Positions 12,668 through 24,600 of a stretch of 64,000 nucleotides of DNA are shown in pieces; within the stretch, counting starts at the first letter, position 1, and each line of letters opens with the position of its first letter. Under the pieces are notes generated by a model. The model did not search any database, was not told the DNA's origin, and saw only the letters and a list, made by a program, of their open reading frames with translations. The stretch is taken from NCBI GenBank assembly GCA_964016885.1, contig OZ024747.1:93620001-93684000 (forward strand). Reading direction: 5' to 3'. The DNA comes from Eledone cirrhosa (Eukaryota). The position numbers and the translations under genes are program-made.

Positions 12668-15600
12668 GGGGAGAAGTGTGTCTGTAATGATAATGGTGTA
12701 CTTGCGCTCACTGATACTGATAAGAAGATAGCCTGGAAGTGTCACTACGAGAGACTATTAAATGAGGAGAATAAATGGGAAAAAGATAGTCTGCCCCAAA
12801 TTGATCCAATAGAAGGACCAGCAGTGCAAGTTAAAGGTAGTATAATAAGTAAGGCAAACAAAGATATGAAGACAGGCAAGGCAGCTGGGCCTTCGGAGAT
12901 AGTTGCTGAGCTGTTGAAGGCATCTGGTATGGTGGGACACACTATGGTCACCCATATAGTTAACCAAGTAATACAGAATGGGGTCATACCGAAAGACTGG
13001 CGTAGCAGCATCATCATTAACTGCTACAAGAGTAAAGGGGATGCTCTAGATAGGGGAAACTATAGAAGCATTAAGTTAGTTGACCAGGTCATGAAGGTCA
13101 CAGAAAGAGTTATAGCGTAACTAATCAGAGAGCGAATTGATCTAGATGAAACGCAGTTTGGGTTTGTGTCAGGTAAAAGTACCACAGACGCTCTTTTCCT
13201 TGTATGACAACTACAAGAGAAGTACCTAGCTAAAAGTAAACCCCTCTACTTAGCTTTTGTAGACCTGAAGAAAGCTTTTGACAGAGTCCCTCGCTCCATT
13301 ATCTGGTGGGCTCTTAGAAAACTAGGTGTAGATGAATGGCTTGTGAAAGCTATACAAGCTTTGTATAATGAAACAGTCAGTAAGGTTAGAATTAACAATG
13401 AATATTGTGAAGAATTTAGTGTAAAAGTTGGCGTTCATCAAGGCTCTATCCTTAGCCCCCTCTTATTTATTATTGCCCTTCAGGCTATAACAGAAGAGTT
13501 CAAGACCGGCTGCCCATGGGAACTCCTATACGCAGATGATCTAACGCTCATAGCTGAATCAATGGCTGAACTAGAGAAGAAATTCGAAACATGGAAGCAT
13601 GGCCTAGAATCAAAAGGCCTTAAAGTTAACTTGTCTAAGACTAAAGTTCTAGTTTGTAGAAAGGAAAATAGGGCACAGGTGCCCTCAGGGAAATGGCAAT
13701 GCTCAGTGTGTAGGAAAGGAGTAGGCAGAAATTCCTTTTTATGTCCCAAATGCAAAGTATGGGTACATAAAAGATGTAGTGGGATCACAGGTAAACTATC
13801 TAAGAACGTAGACTTTATATGTGGCCAATGCTCAGGTGCAATAAGTAGCAAGTGTCCAAAGGATACTAGCTCCTTCTATTGCCCAGATGGTTCTATAGAA
13901 ATAGTAGACACTTTCCGTTACCTGGGTGACGAAATCAGCAGTGGTTGAGGGTGTTCTGAAAGTACAGTAGCCAGAGTCAGAACGGGATGGAAAAAGTTCA
14001 GAGAGCTTATACTGCTGTTGGCCACAAAAGGTTTCTCTCTAAAAATGAAAGGCAGATTGTATGATGCCTGTATACGAACAGCAATGCTACATGGCAGTGA
14101 GACGTGGGCATTACGTGCAGAGGACCTGCGTAAACTGGAAAGGAACGAAGCATGCATGCTCCATTGGATGTGTAATAGTAATATATGTGAACGGCAAAGC
14201 ATAAATGAACTAAGTGAGAAATTAGGAATAAGAGGGATCAGATGCTGTTTACTTGAGAGAAAACTACGTTGGTATGGTCACGTGATGCGCATGAAAGACG
14301 ACAACTACATAAAAAAGTGCAGGGCGATCAAAATTGATGGTAGTTACGGAGTAGGTAGCCCCAGAAAAACCTGGGATGATCTGATAAATTCCGACCTTAC
14401 ACACTTACATCTCTCTAAGACAATGTCTCTGGACCGCCTTGCCTATGTACAAGACCCGCCTTGCCTATGTACAAAGTGAAACCTACAGTCAGTAGGCACC
14501 TCTTAACCAAATATACACCCCAATCCACTACCCTATCCTCCCACTCCCACCAACAGCATGAGATAATGAGATCGAGATCGTGTAGGTGTCACAACAAAAA
14601 ACACACACAGTCCACGGTGTAATGTGGCCGTGTAGGTAACACGGTAAAAAGTTCCCAGTTCCACACGGTAAATGTGGTTGGTTTTAGGAAAGGCATCCAG
14701 CCGTAGAAAACCTGCCAGATAGTCCTATATGAGCGAGACACGGTCACCTGACCAACCTTGACTCAAATTGGGACAACTCCCGTCTAACCCATGCTAGCGT
14801 GGAAAATGGACGTTAAACGAAGATGATGATGATGATAATGATGTGTGTGTGTGTGTGTGTGCACACATGTATTATACATATATATATATATCATCATCAT
14901 CATCATCAACGTTTAACGTCCGTGTTCCACGCTTGCATGGGTTTGGACGGGGGTAGTCCCACTTGAGGCAAGAGTGATTGTCTTGCTCGCATAGGACTGT
15001 CTGGCAGGTTTTCTACAGTTGGATGCCCTTCCTAACACCAACCACATTTACAGTGTGGGTCTGGGAGGTTGTTACCGTGTTGCCTACACGGCCACATTAC
15101 AGCGTGGACTGTGTGTTTTTTTGTCGTGACACCTACACGATCTCATTTGTTTCGGCCTGGATGGCGCGGCACCAACATAACTTTACATAGGACGGGGTGG
15201 TGTGGATGGGGTGGGGGTGGTGGTGGTGGGACGGGGTGTATTTTGTTAGAGATGCCTACTGGCTGGAGTAGGTTTTACTATATATTTAGGTAAGGCGGGT
15301 CTTCTCTGTTACTGAGTACCGCCAAAGGTCTCGGTCCAGTGACATTGTCTTGGAGAGGTGTAAGTGTGTGATGTCGGAGTTTATCAGCTCGTCCCAGGTT
15401 TTTCTAGGTCTGCCTATTCCGTGACTACCGTCTATCTTTATTGCCCTGCACTTTGTTATACAGCTATCGACTTTCATGCGCATCACGTGTCCATACCAAC
15501 GTAGCCTTCTCTCGAGTAAACAACATCTGATCCCTCTTATCTCTAATTTTTTCCTTAGTTCGTTTATGCTTTGCCGTTCACGTATATTACTGTTACACAT

Positions 15601-17718
15601 CCAGCGGAGCATGCAAGCTTCGTTCCTCTCTAGTCTGCGTATATCCTCTGCACACAATGCCCAGGTCTCACTGCCATGCAGCATTGCTGTTCGTATGCAG
15701 GCATCGTACAACCTGCCTTTCATTTTTAGGGAGAACCCTTTAGCAGCTAATAGTGGTATAAGCTCTCTGAACTTTTTCCAACCAGTTCTGACTCTAGCTA
15801 CAGTACTTTCAGAGCACCCTCCCCCACTGCTGATTTTATCGCCCAGGTAACGGAAGCTGTCCACTATTTCTATAGAACCCTCTGCGCAATTGAAAGAGCT
15901 AGTATTTTGTGGGCACTTGCTGCTACTTATTGCACCAGAACACCGGCCACATGTAAAATCTATGTTCTTAGTTAGCTTACCTGTGATCCCACTACATCTT
16001 TTATGCACCCATACTTTGCATTTAGGACATAAAATGGAGTTTCTACCTACGCCTTTCCTACACACCGAGCACAACCATTTCCCAGAAGGGACCGCCGCCT
16101 TGTTTTCTTTCCTACAAACTAGAACTTTGGTCTTAGCCAGGTTAATTTTAAGTCCTTTTGACTCTAGGCCGTGCTTCCATGTTTGGAATTTCTTCTCTAG
16201 CTCGGCCATTGATTCCGCTATGAGTGTCAGGTCGTCTGCGTATAGGAGTTCCCATGGGCAGCCTGTCTTGAACTCCTCTGTTATAGCCTGAAGGGCAATA
16301 ATAAATAGTAAGGGGCTGAGAACAGAGCCCTGATGGACGCCAACTTTTACGCTAAACTCTCCACTATATTCGTTGTTAATTCTAACCTTGCTGACTGTTT
16401 CTTTATACATGGCTTGTATAGCCCTCACAAGCCATTCGTCAACGCCTAGTTTTCTAAGAGCCCACCAAATGGAGCGGGGGACTCTGTCGAAGGCTTTCTC
16501 CAAGTCGACAAAAGCTAAGTAGAGGGGTTTACCTTTAGCTAGGTACTTCTCCTGTAGTTGTCGTACTATGAAAAGAGCGTCTGTGGTACTTTTGCCTGAC
16601 ACAAACCCGAACTGCATTTCATCTAGGTCAATTCTCTCTCTGATTAGTTGCGCTATTACTTTTTCCGTGACCTTCATGACCTGGTCGATTAATTTAATGC
16701 CTCTATAGTTACTCCTATCTAGGGCGTCTCCTTTACCCTTATAACAGTTAACGATGATGCTGCTATGCCAGTCCTTCGGAACAACCCCATTCTGTACGAC
16801 TTGGTTAACTATGCGGGTGACCATGGTGTGTCCCACCGTGCCAGATGCCTTCAGCATCTCAGCAACTATTTCCGAAGGCCCAGCCGCCTTACCCGTCTTC
16901 ATATCCTTGATTGCCTTACTTATTATACTCCCCTCGACTAACACTGCTGGTCCCTCTATTGGGTCGATATGGGGGAGACTGTCTTTCTCCCATTTATTCT
17001 CCTCATTTAGTAGCCTTTCATAGTGACACTTCCAAGCTACCTTCTTATCAGCGTCGGTGATGGCAGGTGTGCCATCGTCGTTTAGTACACACTTCTCTCC
17101 GACAATATCACGGTTTTCCTTGACGCATTGCCTAGCAATCCTGAACACCTCACGTTTTTGGTCATCGCGTTGTAGAACATGCTTGAACTTTCTTTCCTCA
17201 GCTTCCCTTCTTGCTAAGTACACTTGTCTCCTAGCTTCCCTCCTGGCTACTTGATAGTCTTCTCTACTTCCCCCATCCCGCCATACTTTCCAAGCCTGCT
17301 TTTTGGCCTTAATTGACCCCTCCACCTTACTGTTCCACCACCATGTTACTCTCCTCCTGCCTACAGGCCTGCTCCAGCCACAGACTTCGTCTGTCGCCAA
17401 CAGCAGGTTTGCTTTCAGAAATTCCCACTCTCCCTCTATATTGTCCGACTCTAAATGTTCTTCCTTACTGTCGAAAGCATCAAGTAATATGCTTTGAAAT
17501 TTATTAGGATGTGTGTTTTCCTGCCAGCGACATATCAAATATATCGATTTTCATCTGAAGAAACCGTTCTCATAATGATGTCCTTCATGCATTTGTCCTT
17601 CATAATGATGTCCTTCATGCATTTGCTGTTGATTATGAGAACGGTTTCTTCAGATGAAAATCGATATATTTGATATGTCGCTGGCAGGAAAACACATCCT
17701 AATGCCTGTGCGCCCAGC

Positions 17719-17759
<41 letters not shown>

Positions 17760-18594
17760 GTAATAATAATAAAATTGAAGACTAAAATCCAAAGAGGGCT
17801 CGATAAGGAAAATATATATCAAATATATAAGAACCGTAGAGCAAATATTTATTAAAATAACAGATTAAAGTTTAAGCAAAGAATCGCTGCTTTCACCCTT
17901 AACGGGATCTTCTGAAACAACAAAGTCAATCTGTAAACGCAGAACTGGATATTTCAAAAAACGTTGCAACCGGAGGAAGACAGGAAGACGATACTTTGGT
18001 TCGTGGTAACGTTCGCTGGCAAAGAACGGGAAAGGTTTTGCGTGTGCTTGTGTATGTACGTATCTGTTTGCGTGTATGTATTTATTTGTTTCTATTACTT
18101 CTGTATTGTATTTATTTACTTTGTTCTTAACTCTGTAGCGGAGATTCATTTGGTCTCCTAGTTAGAATTTTAGTCTACGATTTCTGCTATACCATTTACG
18201 TGGTTTTGTCTTTGCGTGCTATTGTTCTCCACGCTCCACATATGACTTATTATCTTCGTTTTTTCGTTCATTGCCAGAGAACGTCTCTATGCACCACCTA
18301 AGAGAACATTAGTCTACGACCTCTTTTATACCATAAACGTGGTTTTGTCTTTGCGCATAATTGTTTTTCACCGCTCCTATTAATGACGTATTATTCGTTT
18401 TTCCCGTTCTTTGCCAGCGAACGTTACCCCGAACCAAAGTATCATCTTCCTCTCTTCCTCCGGTTGCAACGTTTTTTGAAATATCCAGTTCTGCGTTTAC
18501 AGATTGACTTTGTTGTTTCAGAAGATCCCGTTAAGGGTGAAAGCAGCGATTCTTTGCTTAAACTTTAATCTGTTATTTTAATAAATATATATAT

Positions 18595-18628
<34 letters not shown>

Positions 18629-21600
18629 GTGTTTCTTTAAAAAATTGTATTCTAGAGAGGAGCATGACCCTAACATTGAATTGACTGGAACTAGTGAGCA
18701 AAACAAAAAGGAAGAACAGTATTTGAATGTAGGTAAGAAAGTAAAGGGGGGAGGGAGAGAGAGATGAGAGACAAACTATTCATTGGTAAATAGACTTATG
18801 TAAATAAATGAAGTCTTCCCCAACACCACTACCATCTATGTACTAACTAGAACCACCACTATTAAGACAACCAACACCATAACTAGTAAATAAATCATTA
18901 TTAGCAATAATCTCCAACTGAAATTAGACATCAGAAAGGAAATTTTAACTTAGTGCCATGATAAAATGCACCCAGCCCACTCTGTCAAGTAATAGCACTG
19001 GTGTCACAATAAAACCCAGCACACACAGTGTAGAGTGACTGGCATTAGGAAGGACATTCAGCTGTAGAATCCATGCCATCCTGTCTACTCTCAGAACGAG
19101 ACAACCTATTCAACTTATGCTAGCATGAAACATGAATGTAAAACAGTGATGATGATGGCACAGTGTGGGTAATGACATAAATAAGCCTCTAGAAAAAAAA
19201 CATCCATACTCCCCCTTCCCACATGTCTATTTAAATCTCCACCCACCACAATACCTTCCTCATCTTTCAAGCCTTCAATCATCACTTCTATTGCATACAA
19301 AAACTTGTATTTCTCTTCAACATTCTGACCTGCCTGTGGAGCATGTCCTCAGATGAGGTTCTTTTCCCCATCATCTATCATTCACTTAGTGTAACTTCAC
19401 CAGATGACACATGATGCCTTCAATGTGTAAAAGACACCATCCCAGTCTCCTCCCTGTTATCTCTAATTATTTCACAGTAAAACACACCAAACCTTCTGTG
19501 ACTGGTCACTTACCATACTGTCCACAAACTATAGAAATCAAGACACCCATATCAAACACACCTTCTGAATACCTTTACCACACAAATGTTTGACCTTGTC
19601 TACTACTCAAGGAAGCTGGTATGTGAGGGATATGTTTATAGAGGTATATGAGGGATATGATATAGAGATTTATGGTATATGAAGTTTATATATAGAGGTT
19701 TATGGTATATGGATAGAGGTTTATGTTATATGAGGGATATGTTTATATAAAGCAGAAAATATGAAATTAATGGACATACTGTAGAAGTGTGATCAGTAAT
19801 TTAGATATTTTAATACACCTCCCTTCTCTATACAGTCCAAAAATATGGAATCATTCAACAAACATGTTTCTTTACTTAGTGAAAATAATAGGAATGGTGT
19901 AGCGCAGAAAAAAAAGAAGAAATCTTAAAATGAATTCCTCATGATAATAATTCTTACCTAAATCAGCAATACAACAGGTTATATTTCTTTTTACTAAAAT
20001 GTTCTTACTTTTTAAATCTCGATGAGCAATAGCAGGCTTGCCTGGAAAATAAAACAAACAATAATTACATTATTTAATTCAGAAATATCATTTGCAATAG
20101 ATAATATCATCATCATCGTCGTCATCATTTAAATGTTTTTCTTTGTGTAAGATACATACACAAAAGCTTACATGCATGTGTATGTACGTATGTACATACT
20201 TTAATGGAACTATGAAAATATGGAAAACATTCCAGATGTTATATGCCTGTAATAAGTGCATATAGATATATGTAGACAAACAAACAAAAGTATGATATAT
20301 GTAAATATATACAAAAATCAAAACATACATGTAAAGAAATTTATAGCTAAATATGACTAGTTGCAATTAGAACCACAGAACTTATCAACAAATTTTGTGT
20401 CAACGGTTTTTTATAGTATTATAAATTGTTTATACATCTGGAGATATACCAAAGACTCAACTATTTCAGCCAAACATATAGCACTGACTGAGATATTACA
20501 GAAGAAAGTACCTACATCTGGAGAGATATCAAACAATCTACATCTGGAGAGATAGCAAACAATCAACTACTTCAGAGATTACAATATCTGATAAATATTG
20601 AATTAGATTACTTTGGATTTCAAAGATAAAATTTCAGTGTAATTCCCACTTACCTTGAACTCCTAATATCTGCATATGCAAATGAGCCAAACCACAAGCA
20701 ATTGAAAGAGCTATTTTAATCAAATCTTGTTTAGTAATGACGTTCTTATTTAAAAAATCATAAAGTGAACCATTTTCATGATAATCAGTAACCAACCAGA
20801 GCTGTGTCCAAGTGCCATCATCTGGAGAAGAAAAACATTTTTTTAAATATTAAATCAAATTGGCAAACTCTCTAGTAACACTGAAAATAAAAAGTCTACA
20901 AGTTTTAGGGAAGAGGAATATCATCATCATCGTCACCGTTTAACGTCCATTTTCTATGCTTGCAAGGGTTAAACGGTTCATCCACAACATGACACAAGTC
21001 TGGCCAAATTTGCCGTGCTGTGCCTTGCTAAGATGGAACTGTGAAATTTGGCCGGGATTTTTACAGCTGGATGCCCTTCCTAACACATATAATAATAATG
21101 AAAATTATTATGTACAGTGCTCAGGTGTACTACATCAGAAAAGGTAGCCAAAAGTGCATGTATAGTTCATAGAATAATGTACAATACTACTGGGCTGATG
21201 CCAAATTCCAGAATGGAGCTTTTATTGGAGAAAAGAAAGACAAAGTTAGAATGTAGAGAGATATTTTAATCATACATTCTATCACTTCTTCACTCCACTT
21301 TAACTTCTTTTTATTGTCTTACATCTATTGTTCTGTGGTTTCATTAGTGGAATAGTTTAATTATTGAAGCATTTAATTTTACACTTGGATGCACTTCCTA
21401 TGGCTAACTATTCAATCATGATGTTATTCAAGTATACTGGAGCATGCAGAGTCATGTGCCTTACCCAGGAGCTCAACACTAAAGTGTTTTAAGGTAAGAA
21501 TGAGCATGTAATAGTGGTCTTGCTGTTTGACTGCTAAACTCCAACACAGTCATGGGCAAACTGCGGTCCGCAAGCCGCATGCAGCCAGTTTGGCTTTCTG

Positions 21601-24600
21601 AATGGCATGCTTAATTTCAAAATTACCTTGAATATTTTAGTAGTGCGGCCCGCCTTATGATGAACCATATCCTATGCAGCCCACTGCTCGAAAAAGGTTG
21701 CCCATGCCCCATGCCTGCTCTAACACATTAATACTACAATTTGTACCAATAGAAATAACTGAAAATATAAAAGGACATTACTAAATACAACAAGGCATTT
21801 CGTCCATTGCTTTACCATCTGCCTCTCCACCATCTATTATCAATAATAATAAATGTTTCTACTTTAAGCATAAAGCCAGCAATTTTTGGGGAGGGGAAAG
21901 TCGATTAGATCAACTCCTGTGCATGACTAGTACTTTATTTTATCAACACTCGGAATATAAAAAGCCGTAACTATATGCAACAAAGCATGTTGTCTGATGC
22001 TCTACCGATACTGCTAATCCATCGCCCTTAATAATAATGATGATTACTAACATTGGCACAAGGCCTTACATTTGAAGAAGGGTATAGTCGATTAAATTGT
22101 TTCTAGTACTCAAATAGTTCTTAATTTCATTAACTCCGGAAAAATGAAATGCAAATTTGACTTTGGCAGGATTTGAACTCAGTATGCGAAGGGTCATAAC
22201 TTAATACCACAAAGCATTTTAACCAACACTCAAACAACTCTGCCAATTCACTGCCCTGTAATAATGGTTTCTAACATAGGCACAAGGGCAGACTTTTGGG
22301 GGAAAGAAGAAAGTTGATTATATAGACCCCAGTTCTTGACTTGGCAGGATTTGAACTCATACTGCTCAGCATTTATCCAACACACAAACAACTCCACCAA
22401 TCTAATTCCTTCAATGCCCTATAATAATATTAATTTCTATTTTAGATACAAGGCCAGCAATTTAGGAGCAGAGGAAAGTTAATTAAATCAACCCTTGTGC
22501 TTGACTGGTACTTTATTTTATTAACCCCAAAAGAATAAAAAGTGAAGTTGACTTTAGCAGGATTTAGAAATATCGTTTATTAGACACAAAAGACTTAAAG
22601 AGTCAGACTAACAAAAAAGAAAAATGAAAGGCTTCAAATTAAAATTTCAGATAAGTTTTTAGTCACAATTTCAGTTTCTGAAAAAACCTAAATTCTATCA
22701 TTTTGAAATTTAAAGAAAAAAAAGAAAAAAACGTATTTTTTTTGTTCGTTTGTTTTATGCTACCATTAATTGAGATTAAGCCAGCATTTAATTTACAAGA
22801 ATCCAATATCTTACCTTTATTATCAGCCCCAACAAAACCAAGAATATTCTCATGACGAAGCATCACAGTTTGGTAAATTTCGGCCTCACGAAACCATGAT
22901 CGTTCATCTCGTGAGGAGAAGATTTTCACTGCCACTGACTCACCACGCCACTGACCCCGCCACACTTCACCATAGCGGCCTTTACCAATAATCTCTATCA
23001 GCCGTATCTGTCTTGCTATGGTTCGCTGAACAAGGAGAGGCAAACCTGCAAAAAGAGACAATTTTGTGTTATGGCACAGCATACTGATGAAATAATGATT
23101 TCTGAAATTGGCACAAGAGCAAGATGCTATTAGGATGAAAAGAAGAGTAGATTTAATGGACACCAGTGTATAACTATTACTTACTTTATTTGTTTCAGGA
23201 AAAAAAAAAATAGTTGTCAACCCCAAACAAATGTAGAGTATAATCATTTCCAGTGGGATTGGAACTCAGAACATAAAAAGATAAAATTAAATCCTATATG
23301 ACATTTAGCTTACCATGTCTACCACTCCAGCACATTTTATACTCCCAGGATGAAATAGTTATTAAGAATACTTCCTCTAAGAAATCTTTAAAATGACAAG
23401 GCTATCAGGATTCAATCTCCCCATAACACCTTCAACAATATTAAGTAATCAAAACTAAAAACAAGATATAGTATGGTATGGGATGATATGGTCTCATAAC
23501 TCCTGATGGAGTCATAGGGGCACCGCATTCACATACAGCATTTCTAGGCCATTTTAAGCCTAACGGAGCCCATCCCTTTCCATGTCTGAGTGCAGCAGAT
23601 TTCTTCTAGAAGGATATAAAGTGAGAAAGAGATATAGAGGAAGAATCGACCCCAGTACTAGACTGATACTTTTTTTTATGAACCTCAAAAGGATTAAAGT
23701 CAAAATAAAACAACAATTCCAAAACTAACCTGAACCAGAACCGGAAGGAGACCAGTCTTCAATAAGACTCCTCAGACTGCCACGCTGCATGGCCTGGAAG
23801 CGGTCAACTGTGGAGTTAGCAGGTAAGTAGAGCTGTGACCGACGTTGACAGAAATAGAATAATCCAATCACCAGCAACACAAGGATCACTGCAACACATA
23901 TTACAATGACTATAGTATGGTTGAGGTCCATGTCTGTCGGTACAGGATCTGTAAAGGACAAAATAAAATATGGTTTAAGGAGATGTAGGTGAAAGTTATA
24001 TAAAAGTGACATGAATGTAGTATGTGTCTATATTCACATGTTCATTTGGTGCATGTGTATCCGTGGTGTGTATATTACACAGTCATAGTAATGTGCCTCA
24101 GTGAAAGATACATGATTGGTTCTCTAACTACCTAACCTAACATTGAAAATATATCCTGACATTTATTTTATATTTTTAAAGTAGAAATAACCTATATTAT
24201 AAGTAAATATATTAAACAATTGTTTAATGTATAATCATTTGTTTATTTTAAATTGACATTTTTACAGATTTAAAAGAAAGTTATAGAATATCAAAGCATT
24301 ATCAAGTATATGGGACTCAAGCAAAAAAAAGATATCCTTAAAGAAATCCAACTAACATATAGATAGGGCAGACATGGGCTCCGTAAGTCATAGTGAAGAC
24401 AACCCATCTAGGAGAGCAGTGACTCCAATTTAAAAATAACTGTACAGGGCAGACATGGGCTCTGTAAGCTGTAGTGAAGGATATCCATCTTGGAGAGTAG
24501 ACACTCCAAATTAAAACTTATACAGGGTGTAGAGGACTTTTAAGTTTGGTAAGACAACCTCACTAGTGCTGGTGGCACGAAAAATGCACCCAGTCCATGC

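Noticed and set aside
15286-17538. 750-aa ORF as a domesticated gene or retron/DGR-type RT system
   Set aside because: Typical RTE LINE with 3' UTR and (GAT)n tail, 5'-truncated, TTG pseudo-start from adjacent DNA, and multiple decayed siblings in the window
17865-18568. Two ORFs with near-identical C-termini (17865-18149 -, 18383-18568 +) as a duplicated gene
   Set aside because: They are translations of the inverted arms; no splice or domain support
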